From assembly GCA_032718475.1 (NCBI GenBank), contig JAUCBJ010000239.1, forward strand, positions 1-56,310: 56,310 bases of DNA, in the 5' to 3' direction. A program made the translations under genes and the position numbers. This stretch comes from Nemertoderma westbladi. Its lineage: Eukaryota > Animalia > Xenacoelomorpha. Positions 22,101 through 35,288 of this stretch are shown here, piece by piece (the first letter of the stretch is position 1; the number at the start of each line of letters is the position of its first letter). The notes under the pieces were generated by a model. The model was not told where the DNA came from and ran no database searches. It was given only the letters and a program-made list of their open reading frames with translations.

Positions 22101-25100
22101 ATGTCTGACACAAAACAAACACTGTCAGATAGTCTCTTAGAAAGTGCTAGAATGAGTGTTAGACAGGGTCTTAAAAAGATCTGGGACTCAGCTAAGAGTA
22201 TAGAACGTCTGAGACCAAAGTCCAAGTCCACTCCTACTATAAGCAAGGTCATCCCTACAGTAGTAGTGTCAGACCCTAGGCTAGTAGAGCACCATAGGTC
22301 TATCATAGGCACTAGGGCTCAAGTTAAGCGGGACCAAGAAGCAGCAGAACAGCAGCAACACTCGAGCCGAGAACTTATTTCTCAGCGGCCCGACAGCTCC
22401 AGTAGTACGGATACTGTAGAGCTGACACCCGAGCGCGGAGCAAAGATGGCAGATGCGGTTTATTCGGATCCCCTTCTCATCCTTCCTGCAGCCGTACTCA
22501 CTAGGGTATTGATTGCGGTGGAGGAACACCAGATTGATTGGGCGAGAAGTAAGCGATCGACCAAGGATAGTTATGCGGGATATACAAGGGAAGAACTGAA
22601 GTCTATTGTCGAGTCGCAATGGAACTTCCCCGGACCCGGACTCCCGTTTGACTTATCGGAAGCTGCCTGGGAAGACATACACAAGATGGGAGTGACAAAA
22701 GAAACCAGCGATCCAGCTGTGTGGAAGAGGTCAGCAGCCGGATACGTACAGGGATTCTTCAGCTCTATGGAGCGATTAGAGGAACAATTGTTTCGACAAC
22801 CACAAGGACCTCAAGAGCAGGGAGAGCTGCTTTATCAAGTTAGAATTCTAAGAATCAGACTAATCTTATCTGCCTTTGAGGAGGCTTCGAAAAGAAGACA
22901 AGACACGTCGTTGCAAGTTGCCGTAAAGACTTGGTTTCAGCGGGTGAGTCTCCAAGTTCAAAGAACTGCCCCGTGGAAATCTCAGTTGGATGAGCGCTCA
23001 ACCCATGGAGAATCAACAGACGCTACCTTTTCCCAAGTGGAAAGCGAAGAGACAGCAGAGAAACCGCATAAGAGGGATGCTATTGACATCTATCTGTCAG
23101 ACTATCAATGATTTGTAGGTGACGAAGAGTTGAGGAGACGGCTGGATGGACTTAGCCCTAATAGTGAAGGAGCCAAACTTGTGTTGGACGCAATCGATGC
23201 GGATATGTTAGCTGCGAACCAAGCTAAATTCGATGAAAGCATCCGCATCGTTAAGGTTCAAGAGGAACAAGTAAGGAAAAAACGTATAGAAGACAGAAAG
23301 ACAGCAGCAGCGGCAGAAGCAGAAGCGGAAAGAAAGGCAGCAGAAGTGGAAAAGAAAGCGGCAATGGCAGCGGCAGAAGCGGAAAGAAAGGCAGCAGAAG
23401 TGGAAAAGAAAGCGGCAATGGCAGCGGCAGAAGCGGAAAGAAAAGCGGCCGAAGCGGAAAGAAAAGTGGCCGAAGTGGAAAGAAAGGCGGCAATGGCATC
23501 GGCAGAAGCAGAAAGAAAAGCGGCAGTGGCAGAAGCAGAACGGAGGGCATCTGAAGAGACAACACAACTAGAGTTGGAAAATCTTCAAGAGAGGCAGGAC
23601 AACTTCAATAAACAGTTAACAGCTAGTCAAATGCAGATGATGAGTCGATCTACTCCCAAAAGACAGGGATTTACATCCTCTGATGAAGGCGATACCACCG
23701 ATCCTGAAGGCAGAGGAGATAGATCTCGTCTAAGTAGGCGTAGAAGAATGTCCCACTGTCAGAAATTGCCTGATTTGCCCCCAGCTGTTAGAAGGCAACT
23801 AGCTAGCACGGACTTAGGTAGTACAGAACCCACAGACCAAATAATTAAAATAGAAAGACTCCCTACTATAATAGATGAGCCTGAAGTAATTAGGCCTGTT
23901 CTCGAAGCCACCCCTTCGGTGATAGAGACACCTGTACTCCCAGAACCTACCTCTAAATTGCCTTTGCACAGCACTAAGCTACCTGTGCCCCACAGAACCA
24001 TCCCTGAAAATGTTCATGTCCTGGACTCCGAGCGAAATATTAATGATTTGTCGCCCGTTGTCCCTCATCCGCCCGCTACAACGTTGGCGGCTCCCGCTTC
24101 GGCGGTCGAGTGGGTGGATGAGAGACGACGGGGGATGGATCTCCTGCTCGGGCAGATGCAGGAGACTGTTCAGCAGTTCAAGGGCACAGTAAGGGAAAGT
24201 AGGTTAGAGTTGCAAGAAGTGCAGCAAAGTATCGCGTTAGAACGCGATAAATTAGTAAATACCCAAAGAGGTATACCACCACCCCCGGTAACAATGTGTC
24301 AACCTGTTAGGTCTGAAGTATCTCATGCGCAAGGTGTGGAGCCTACACGCATCTATACTGCTAGTGAAGTGGAAACTCCTATAGTAAACCCTATTAAGGG
24401 TAATTATAAACCTGTTGACAATGATATTCCATAAAGACTTGATAATAATCCGAGAAATTTATATACCGATAACTCGATATTAAATAACACGATGGCCCAA
24501 GAAAGTTTTATGCGTCAAATGGCTAGAACCGAAGCCCGTCAAGCGGTCAAGGTGGGAGAGATCGTCAAGTTCAATGGAGATGAGATGAAATGGTTACCTT
24601 TTAATGAATATTACAAAGATAACATACAGAACTCTGTGCTATCTAACGGAGAGAAACTGAGATTCCTCATCGAGTGCTTGGAAGGATCTCCCAAGTTAAT
24701 GGCGTTAAAGTTTATTGGACATCCAGATGGATTAAGACAAGTTTGAGATACACTGAACATCAGGTATGGTAATAGGACTAACATAGCTAGGTATTTATAT
24801 GCGAAATTAATGGCGCCCCAAAAGTTTCTTAGCAGCGGGATTATAGAGTTTTCCGACGAGATTCAGGAGATCTGTAGACAACTAGATTGGTTAGGTAAGT
24901 CTCATGAATACCAGAATTCTATGGTTGTAGGAGCCTTAGTATCTAATTTGCCCAAGGGCGGAGTAGGTACACGCTGGGACAAGACAGTGTTATATATGAT
25001 GGAACAACAACGAAGAGATCCTACCATGGCTGATCTCATGTCATTCTTAGATGGAGAGGTAAAATTACAGCTCCTAAAGCAGTCCAGAGAGAAGACACCG

Positions 25101-27047
25101 GAAAATAAGGTAAGTGAGAAACCCGTTTCTAGGAGAAAGGTAATACCAGTGTGTTATACAGACGACGGCGAAAGCCAGGCTTCTCAAGAGGAAGACAGCG
25201 GGAAAGACACTGAAAGATCTTACTATGACAACAAAGCGCCTAAGGACGTAAGTAAATTCAAGTCTCGAACCAATGACAGGAGAGAACAGGTAAGAAAAAC
25301 TCCTCCTACGTCTCCTAAGAGAATTCATGTAAGAAAGCCCGAGGAAAGAACGAGTGTGCACAACGTTACCCAAAGTAAGGTAAGTAACATCAAACCAAAA
25401 TGTGTGCTGTGCGACGGGCCCCACCGTTTAAGTGCGTGTGATGAATTCCTAAAGAAATCATTAAAGGATAGACGGGAAGTCATGTGGGATAAGCGGTTGT
25501 GTTATAATTGCCTCAGACAAGGACACCAACGGCGAACCTGTTACTCCGACGCAAGGTGTGCGAAGTGCGGCGCAAAACATCATATCTTGTTGCACACTGA
25601 ATTCGAACGAAACAGCCCGAGTCAGGTAAGTGAGTCCGAACTACATGTCCAATTCAGTGATGTGAACGACACTGACCAAAGTTCTGAGATGGAAGGATTC
25701 TATACGGACGAATTCTCCGACGAAGACGAATCCTGTTACATGATAAATACCGCAGTGTATCGAGCACTTACGTATGAAAAGGACACCGACAGCGAGCTCA
25801 CCCTAACTACTTCTGACCGACAACCATCTTGGAAAGCACCAACTTCCAATGTAGGAATCCGAGAATTTCCCGTAGTGCAGCTAAGGGTCCACGGACCTAA
25901 AAGGAGTTATATAGTGAACGCCCTCCTTGACTCCGGTAGCACAGGAACATTCATCGACAAAGAACTAGCCGAAGACATCTTTGCTGGACAACCCAAGTTC
26001 CGAACTAAATTAAACATGTCAGGAATTATGCAGGTTTGGAAATCTACAGTAATAGCGGATTATTATGTAGGTGCGTTGTCCACCCCCCAGGATGAACTAG
26101 GAGAACATAGTATAAGGTCAGTAAAAATGGTAGCGATAAAGAACTTCGCCACCAGCCAAGTAGAACCTTATAACTGGGATGAGGACGATTCCACCCAGCA
26201 GCTTAATATACCTAGATTCAACACGGATTACCCTGGAGTGCAAATACTCATTGGCCAAAATGCGCATGAAGCGCTTGAGACATTGGAGAAACGGCCTGCT
26301 CAACCGCAACCATTACAAGCCTATGCGGGAAGAACTAGAGTAGGTTGGTACTTTACTGGCCCTTCCCGTAGAACTCTAATGGAAAGGTTACCAAAAGAAC
26401 GGGTATACCAAGTAAGTGAATGGGAAGCGGAGAGCAGTGAGGTAGACGACCCAACTGAGGGAACACCATACTCCTCAGATAATGACGATATTAACTCCAA
26501 TGTAGATCAATGGAGATATTGCCCCGAGACGATTAATCTAGCCGACATCGCTTCCAGAGGAGCAACTCCTCAAGAACTGACAGATACTCCAGACTGGTTA
26601 GGTGGACCCGACTTCCTAAGTAAAGAGGATGAATGGCCTCCTCATCTTACCACGGCTGAGATTAGACAAGCCAAGGGAGCGGAGAAAGACAAACCTAAAA
26701 CCCGGACGTGTAAATCAAGGTTATTTAAACCCGTGATAGATCTGTCTGTATTACACATTGCCAGGGACGACGCTGTGGATCTAAACTCCCCCACCGCTAA
26801 CCGATCTGTTGTGGAGATCAGAGAGAGAGACTGGAGATCTGGAACACCAGACGTCTCGCCGGGACTCTCACCTCTCCTGCCGGGAGTGATGGACCACTAT
26901 AGATCCTGGAATCGGCTTTGTAAGGCCGTCGTGTATTTGAAGCGATGTTTCTATCGTCACTATTCCAGGACGAAGAGGAAACCTGGAATTGTCTTCGAGA
27001 CACAGCAGCTCAATCGCCCAGTTGGTCGTTTATGTTTACTGGAATGA
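22101..27047 (+). pseudogene. Gag-aspartic protease-Pol-remnant polyprotein of element A, broken by three in-frame stops
   Basis: Track ORFs 22101, 23130, 24492 and 24810 share one frame; stops at 23109, 24432 and 24744 correspond to R, Y and W in element B. Motifs: KFNGDEMKW/LSNGEKLRFL (BEL Gag), three Cys-His knuckles, ALLDSGS, RTRVGWYFTGP, NLADIASRG, WLGGPDFL, RPVGRLCLLE. Confidence 0.92.
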
Positions 27048-28779
27048 GACCGAGAACTGTCCGGAAACTATGGAAGGCAAGATACTCTTCCCACGACCAC
27101 CTCCCTAATCCAACAAACATCTAGGGACTCCCCAACGTAACAGCGTCTGGAGTGGGTGTGTGACTATATTATTTTATATTTGTTTTTATTATTTGATATT
27201 TATGTATGTATTATTATGTAATTTTATTATAATCGTTTTCTTTAATTTTATTTAGTAGAATGTTATTTTAGCGATTATTTAGTAGATTAGTGCAATATAT
27301 ATTCGTGTTTATTACTTAATTACTTATATATTATATATTTAGTGCGACGGCAAGAAATAATTCTTTTTCTCTTTCCTTACTGTCCGTATTACATTATAAA
27401 TACGTGACTACAGTAAGATGAAATATCCGTACTTATTAAAGTACAATAAAGCTCCTACTATATTCAAGTATTATTGGTAAAGTAGAGTATTAGGAATGCA
27501 AAATTCAGATCCTCGTGTCTCGGCTAAACCAAGCTCTGGGTAGACCTTGGAAACGACTTGCCTCTTCTCACTGACATTGCTTCGTGCGATATTGCTCTCA
27601 TACCGTATATTAAATAATACATATAGTAGCGTGATGTCCCTTTAACAGTAGCGTACAACGCAAATAAATCTGTTAAACCCTTTGACCATCTGCAATTCTA
27701 GTCGATTAAGATATTGCGGCACCCACTGATATACTTGAAAGACAAAATTCTAGAACCAGTGGTTAACGTCCCCAGACAAGTTCTGGAATGAACTGGTGCC
27801 CATCCTAAATATTAACTATTAATATTTATAAAATCTGCCAAATTTTAGATCCTTTAAAATTCTAGTCTATTAAGATATCGTAGCACTTACCGATATTCTT
27901 AAAAAGATCAATTTCCTAGAATCAAGGATCCCAGTCCCCAGACATGTTCTGGAATAAAATTGTGTCTATTTAATATTAAATAATAAAATTTACGGGAATA
28001 AATTTAAATTCATCTTTTAATGAATTTGATAAATTGTCATTTTTATACAATTTATAACATTCCCAAAATTCCATAAATTAATAGATCATGGGAGCGGAGA
28101 TTCACTCTATTAAGTATATTAGTGTGCGAGAATCTCCAATATATAGTCAATAGCCGACAAAATTCATAAAATCATGCATAAAGAGGAATATTGACAATTA
28201 AAGAATTACTATTAAATAGCATCCCAGATCTGTATGCATGGGAATTACCCTAATTCTACCACTAGCTTTCCATAATGTCACCATGGCAACAACCACGCTA
28301 GAATTAGAAGTGAGTTAAAAGAACAATAGAAAGCTTGCCCCATTGAATAGCATAGGGAACAAATAGCACACTGCTAGTATCCAAGGATACATAATAATAA
28401 CGTGACATTCTGGAAGGCACTTGACTAACGGACAAATGGCACGAATGTGTATAATTTGTGACAGTTGTGTGGAATGTGTGCGTTTATAGGTGAATGTTAC
28501 TACTAAAGTGTGTTTACAGTAGCGAGTCGCAATTGTGAAAGAAGCCCTAACTCTTCAGTAAGAACCTGAAGTAAATCTAAGCCTTTGGGACGGACGGTGG
28601 AGTGACTCGTGCTGGTTGTTGTAGTCGTTGTGCAGCTACGACGTTGGCGATAGGCACATCGGCGAAAGTACACCAGCGCTGAGGATCTCGCACTGTCCGG
28701 GGGCAGAGAGGGGTAGGCAGCGACGCCCGCTCGCCTAAATATAAACTCATTATAATATGGATAAACTTATATAGCAGAT

Positions 28780-30267
28780 ATGATTGAGTTGATAGAAGAT
28801 GATCTTGGTATCAGGGAGCGATATACTCTACCTTTACAAGCGTTTGTTGATAGCTTGATACGCGGCGACGCTGGTCCAACTACTACGGAGGACGATGGTC
28901 GTTATATCGAACCGCCAATGTCCCAAGAACAACTTACGCGTGAATTGGACTATAGAAAATTCACCGCTCGCTATACGCATCGTAATGGTACGTATATGGA
29001 CTTCTTAACTACTGGTCATCCTATCGACCTACACGATACGAACGATATAGACACCGAAAGGGAAATGGTTTTATTTAAATATCATACCCAGCGGAAGCGG
29101 AACGATAAACCGAGAATGGAACACGAGAATTCTATTCGAAACAGACTCGAAAGAGAAGACGTTGAAGAGCCGGATAAACGCAGCGACTTCAACGATTATC
29201 TGGAATTCCTGAGAGAAACATATCTCAATATTGCCAGTCAACAAAATCTAGAAACTCGATATCCTCCAGGTATATATCATGATCCTATGATAGAACTCAA
29301 ACGACTCTATTTCACTATGATGTATCTTACCGCCGATCGACCGCTACCTGTCATCCCAGATAGCTTCGAACAGATGGAGGAATACTGTAAAACCGTATAA
29401 ATATCACCCGCGTTTCCCCTACAAGACGTGCGTCTTTGGTATTATTGCGATGAATGCCCAAGACCCAACTAACAAACGGAAAGACATAAACATCCGCGGA
29501 GACGTTGCTTTAAACACGGTTTTACTCGCTATATTTACGGGAGTTTCGAGCGAAACTTGTTCGATGTATCACCTACGCTCGTTCGATTCAAACGATCCTT
29601 AAATAAACCTATGATCAGAGTTCCGGAATACTCGGTCAGACCTCCTCATTCCCTAGTTAGACCTCAGACTCTTGATCCTAATAGTATCACGGATCCTCCC
29701 GAGCTGTACTCACTGCTCAAAGATCTAGTGTTACCTGAACAATATTCGCCCATCTTACCTAGTCGGATTGGGACGCGGACATTTAATATCGCCATTCAAC
29801 CGTATCATCGTCCCTGTTTAACCCGATATAACCTGTCACCGAGGCGGAGGAGAGAGTTGTACGAAACGCGTTGGACACTATTCGTCAAAAGATCGGAAAA
29901 TGAACCTACAATTGTTTAGAGAAACGTAAATTGCAGTAGCAAGTCCAAGCAGTAAACGAATTAACTTTATCTCAGTTCGATCAGGAAATTCAGAATCTCT
30001 AAGAAGATATCGAACTTGGACGACCCTATTCTCTGCAAGAGTTTTGGACGAACGCATTCAACGATAAGCGGAGGAAAATCAGCTCGAGGAGAAGCATATT
30101 GAAATGGACGAGACATCGACCGTAACCCTAAACCTTCAGATGCAATTGTATTGCACCCTTTACCCAAGGGTTATAGCCCTCCTAGTAAAGTGGCTCGCCC
30201 CAAAGAGAAAAGGACTCTTGCTAGCCTCAAAAAACTGCGTAAACGCCGTCCGCGCAAGAAAAACTAA
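28780..30267 (+). pseudogene. Second (3') ORF of element A, unknown function, interrupted by stops
   Basis: 28780..29400, 29557..29919 and the terminal ...PPSKVARPKEKRTLASLKKLRKRRPRKKN* (stop 30265..30267) share a frame; N- and C-termini are homologous to element B. Confidence 0.7.
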
Positions 30268-30345
30268 CTGTTTAGAGTATTTTTATATTTTAGAAACTGT
30301 GATTTTTTATATTTTATAGAATTAAATCCCATTTTCTGGGAGCGG

Positions 30346-31500
30346 TGTAAAGGCTTTTGCGGATCTAGCTAGTTATTTTCCCCGCAAAGTACTCTGTAGG
30401 TGTTTTAGTGGATATAAAGAGCCATTTCTTCTGTATGTGTGCTTTAGCGGACATAACTAGCTGTGTACTTTAGCGGACATAACTAGCGATCTTATGTCGC
30501 AATAAGCCAAAATCCTCTTGATACAGTGTAGTTACCATGACGACATCTAACAGCTGATATGTCCACGTGTAACATTTCTTTGTTCTTTGTTCTCTCTTTG
30601 TTCGGTCGACCAATCAGAGCGTTTTTTGACTCTGTGTTGGAGATTGTATACAGAAACTCATGAATTGAGTCAGTATGTGTATTTTGTCCACAGCCAGAAG
30701 ACCGGCTTTGGAGTTGCTGTGTTTCAGGCTTTAGCTAAACATTAGTAGGCTTTGGTCATAGAAACGTATAACTGTTATCAAACCAACTCAGTACATATGC
30801 ATTATGCTTTCACCGCATTATTTCACTGCTATTTATGGTTTATTCGGTTATTAATTATATCAGTTGATGGAATCTTGTTATATTTGGATAATATCTATAA
30901 ATAATCAGAAAACCCCAATCTTCTTGATATACTGAAGGTTAGAGAGACCGGTTACATATAACAATTGCGACTTACATTAAAGTGGTTTTGGAGTGAATCT
31001 AATGCTATTTCATAGGCACTACATGAGTCGTTTGCTGTTCTCTTTATATGTGAGTAAAATTAGTGAAGGTCGGCAGATCGGTGTGCAGCATTGTGCAGTA
31101 GTGTGCATGATTGTGACTGATAACAAAGCATCTCCTAAAGTATGCGCTTTATACGTGAATCCATAGCCATCCCGTTGTGTCTAGTGTAAGTCATAACTCT
31201 GTTTACATATTTAGAGCGCCACGTCCTAGAGGAACTGTTAATATTTCCCGAAAGTGAATAATATTGGTCAGAGATTATATATTAACAATCAGTCGAATAA
31301 TACAGTAGGCCTACACCGCAATAAGGTCAAAGCCTCCGAATCCAGTCTCCCGGGTATATCCAGCGGGTGAATGGTCGCGCATAGACTGGCTTCGGCTAAT
31401 GTAGTGTATCAAATACTCGTCATAGGCTAAAGTCGATTTATAATCTAGAAGACATCCAAATTTGGCAGGTTAAACTGCTAAAGGTCTGAAAGCGCGAACA
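30346..31500 (+). repeat. 3' LTR of element A (1155 bp)
   Basis: Direct repeat of 18751..19901, preceded by ttttctgggagcgg. Confidence 0.97.
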
Positions 31501-32049
31501 AGCATACTTTCATTATATGGGATTCCTGATGAAATTATTGCAGCATTAAGATCAGTATACGATGATTCGACAACATGTGTCTACTGTTGACGGTGACACA
31601 GAACCATTTAAAGTGTTATGGGGAGTCCTCCAGGGAGACACACTTGCGCCATTCATGTTCATAATTGTGGTTGACTATATTCTACGCATGTCCTTAGATC
31701 ATCATATAATGATGATGGGGTGATGGTTTCTCCACCTACTGGCTCCAGAAGTGGAGGAAATCTTGCCAAGTACCTAACTAATCTAGACTTTGCTGATGAC
31801 TTAGGAGTACTCTCAGAATCACTAGAGGGAACCCAACGGCTCCTCAGGTCATTAGAACAGGTTGCTTCTAGTGTTGGTCTTTTTATTACCTCCAAAAAGA
31901 CCAACATTTTGACAGTTAACTTTGAAAGACCTCAGCAAGTCTCTGACCGGATGCTATGCTTGAGCATGTGGACGACTTGTGTTACCTGGGATCATGGATC
32001 CGTAAGTCAGGTGAGAACCTTCGAATACGCAAGGGAAAGGCATGGGCAG
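31501..32049 (+). mobile_element. Decayed RTE-type LINE, middle part (RT core)
   Basis: GVLQGDTLAPF, LDFADDL, CYLGSW, KGKAWA; aligns with 8870..9440 on the minus strand. Confidence 0.92.
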
Positions 32050-33092
32050 GTCCGTATTTAGGGGGGGGGGGGGGGGGGGGGGCGAAGGGCGAATGGCACA
32101 AGGCCCCCCACCACACGGGGCCCCCCACCACGATCCCACAACTATAGGGATCGACCGAACTATAGGAGCCGAACCGGAACCGAACTGAAACCGAACAGGC
32201 AATTTTGAATTTTGCCACTTATTTTTCTCAATATACAGTATATGAAAAACAGAAAGTTCGTGTTAAAAACAGCAAATATTTTTGAAGCTTATGAAATTAT
32301 ATTTTTTTCACTATCGATTGTTCCATTTTTTGATCAGCTGGAATGTTTTTATAGGGCCTACTGATATAAACAGGAACATGCTTCAAATATCTAATTTCCA
32401 AGTCTAATACGTATATAGGGATGTGAGTTTTCCTAAAATATGTTTTTCAAGGAAATTTTCGGAAAAGTACATTTCATCCGTAATTACAGTAAGCCTACGA
32501 CCACAAGAGACAAGACAACGAACCACCTAAACGCATCTAAGCGGGAATCCCTCGTTTCTAGTATTTACTCTACTTATGTTTTACTATATGATTTCAGAAT
32601 GTGCTAAATAAATAATTAATAAAATAGGAAATTTCCGGAAAATGTATAGGAAATTTCCGGAAAAATGCATAGGAAATTTTGGGAATTTCCAAACATTTCC
32701 TGACTCACATTTCCTACTAATATATCGTCACCTTCAAGGCAGAACCCCCTAAGTCGATTTTTTTCGATTTTCATGTTTTTGACTTTTTGGGTAATTCGAT
32801 ATCGGCTTTTTCGTCTGGCAGAACCCCGAAGCTTTTCTACCAGCCATTTTTGAGTTATAAGCCAAAGACAGTTCCCCGTAACTTATGCCCACTTCGAGGC
32901 AGAACCCCACAAGTCAATAATTGGCTTGCAAAACACCGTAAATTCAAGTATATGAAATTCAGTCCACCTGGCAAAACCCCTTAAATCAGAAATAACAACC
33001 TGTAAAACTCCTTAAATCAGAAACAATAGCCTGGCAAAACCCCGTAATTTATCATTTATATACTGGTTTGTATTGCGGCCTGGACACAAATA

Positions 33093-33652
33093 TTAATGAG
33101 GGACACAAACATTATTGTGGGACGCAAACATTAATGAGGGACACAAAACATTAATAGGGGTCCATGGTTGCCAATGGATATTAATATGAGCGATGGTGAT
33201 GCTTGCCATCAGACGATGAGATATTAAGTGATTAACTGGAAAAAATACTACCATGGGAACGTGAGCTTCGATCAAAGTGCCGCCGTTTCGTATACATTCC
33301 ATCTTCCTAATTAGATGGAAATTAATTGAAAGCGACGTTCGGTTACGTTGTTCAGCTGCCTGTTTTGCTGCTACCCCCCCCCCCCTCACGTACCTCATTA
33401 ATGTTTGTGTCCCTCATTAATGTTTGTGTCCCTCATTAATGTTTGTGTCCATCATTAATGTTTGTGTCCCTTATTAATGTTTGTGTCCCTCATTAATGTT
33501 TGTGTCCTATATCAATGTTTATGTCCCACATTAATGTTTGTGTCCTACATCAATGTTTATGTCCCACATTAATGTTTGTCCCCCTGATTAATGTTTGTCC
33601 CACATTAATGTTTGTGGCGCTGATAAATATATGTCCCTCATTTAATGTTTGT
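33093..33652. repeat. ~20-bp minisatellite (cattaatgtttgtgtccct) at 33395..33652 with inverted copies at 33093..33155
   Basis: Directly visible tandem units in both orientations. Confidence 0.85.
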
Positions 33653-33944
33653 ATCCAAGTTGCTATAAGTTACCCTAGGTTGCCGGACGTTTTGGACAAT
33701 TTGGTCAGCAACTAGCAACGTAATTTGAGTAACATTAACTTTTAGTCTCCGTTATATGAGGCATCTTTTACAGCAACAAAATTCGCGTTTACATAGAGCA
33801 ACTTGATCGGCAACCTGACATGCTCACTAAGTTGCTGATAGAGTTGCTCAAAATGTTGCCACGTACTGTAAAAAAAACAGTCTTTAATTATTCGTCATGA
33901 CGTACTGTAAGTGAACTTTACTTTAACTTTAACGTAGCTGTAAC

Positions 33945-35211
33945 TGTTCGCGCTTTCGAAGACCTTTAGCAGTTTAACCTGCCAAAATTTATATGTCTTT
34001 TCGTTAATTAAAACCACTTTAGCATACGACAATAATTTATGCTAATACGCAAAACATTAGCCGAAGTCAGCCCATGCGCGATCATTCACCCGATGGATCT
34101 ACACCCGGGAGACTGAATTCGGATGCTTGAATTGTATTATTACAGTGTAAGGTTGCAGTGTATACCTAATGTATTATTCGATAGATCGTTAATGATTAAT
34201 CTCTGACAGATATTATTGGCTTTCGGGAAATATTAACAGTTCCTTTAGGACGTGGCGCTTTACCTATTTAAACAGAACTAAGACTTATACTAAACGCAAC
34301 GATACTGCTGCTGATTAAAGTATAAAACGTATTCTTTAGGAAATACTTTGTTACCAATTACAATCATACACACTATTCTGCCGACAGTCAGTATATTTGA
34401 TCACACATAAAGAGAGCAGTAATTGACTCGCGTAGGGTCTGCTAAATAACATTGGATTCAATACACACCACATTAATATAAATCGCAATTGTTATATATA
34501 GCCGGTCTCTCTAACCTGTAGTGTTATCAAGAAAATTGGGAATTGGGTGATTTATCCGTATTATCCAAATAGCAATATTTCCATCAACAAATATTTACAA
34601 TTAATAACTGACGGTAAAATAACAGTACAAACCATATGATTAATGCAAAAGTATCAAGATTAGTTAATGAGTATGATTATCAAGTTAAATTAGTTCGGTA
34701 ACAGTTTATACTTTCGATAATTCAAGCAGTTCTGCAGTTCACGGTACAGCAGTATTGGTTACAAAATGCCGGTGTTTCTGGCTTAGACAGCAATAACCAC
34801 AAAAGTGACAACTCTCTCTCTCTCTCCAGTCCGAGCGAACACTCTCCATGATTTCCAGGAAAGCTACACGTCGACAGGAAAAATCGCCCTGATTGGCCCA
34901 AGCCAAACAAAGAACCACGCTGCCAATGGCTGTTTCCATGTCAGCAACCAGCTGCTAGATGTCGTAATATGAATCATCACGGCTAAGCTGTGAAAGGTGG
35001 TTTGTGTATTACAAGTTTTTGTCTTACCATGTCCGCTAAAACACGTATATAGCAGAATGATTTTTATGTCCGTTAAAACACCTGTAAAGGTACCTTGCGG
35101 GCGAGGGGAATATATATACAGTTAGAAAACCTTTTTTAGAGTATTCCAGCGCCGGGGGGGGAACTGGCCAGCCAAGGCAAACGTATCAGTTATCCCACAA
35201 AAGCTTTTACA
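33945..35211 (-). repeat. 3' LTR of element B (1267 bp)
   Basis: Direct repeat of 45105..46371; minus strand reads TGTAAAAG...GCGAACA. Confidence 0.97.
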
Positions 35212-35288
35212 CCGCTCCCAGAAAATGGGATTTAAGTCTATAAAATATACAAAATCACAGTTTCTAAATACAAAAATACTCTAAACAG

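Larger units (their letters stand above)
18751..31500 (+). mobile_element. BEL/Pao-type LTR retrotransposon A, non-autonomous (gag-protease plus 3' ORF, no RT/IN), 12,750 bp, TSD AGCAT
   Basis: TG...CA LTRs at both ends; AGCAT at 18746..18750 and 31501..31505. Excision restores LINE tgttcagcatactttcattatatggg (FSILSLYG). PPT-like GGGAGCGG lies before the 3' LTR. Confidence 0.96.

Noticed and set aside
23208-23567. Cys/Phe-rich and Leu/Pro-rich antisense ORFs (also 41307..41853)
   Set aside because: Shadow frames of the EAERKAA coiled-coil repeat in gag.
23109-24746. Programmed readthrough or Sec recoding of the stops in element A gag
   Set aside because: One stop is TAA, the aligned residues in B are R, Y and W rather than Cys, and each stop is one substitution from the B codon.
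28780-30267. Envelope gene
   Set aside because: No signal peptide or transmembrane segment is visible, and the C-terminus is strongly basic.
34722-34939. Duplicated small ORFs (also 45882..46099)
   Set aside because: They lie in the LTRs of B, are identical only because the LTRs are, and are not conserved in the LTRs of A.
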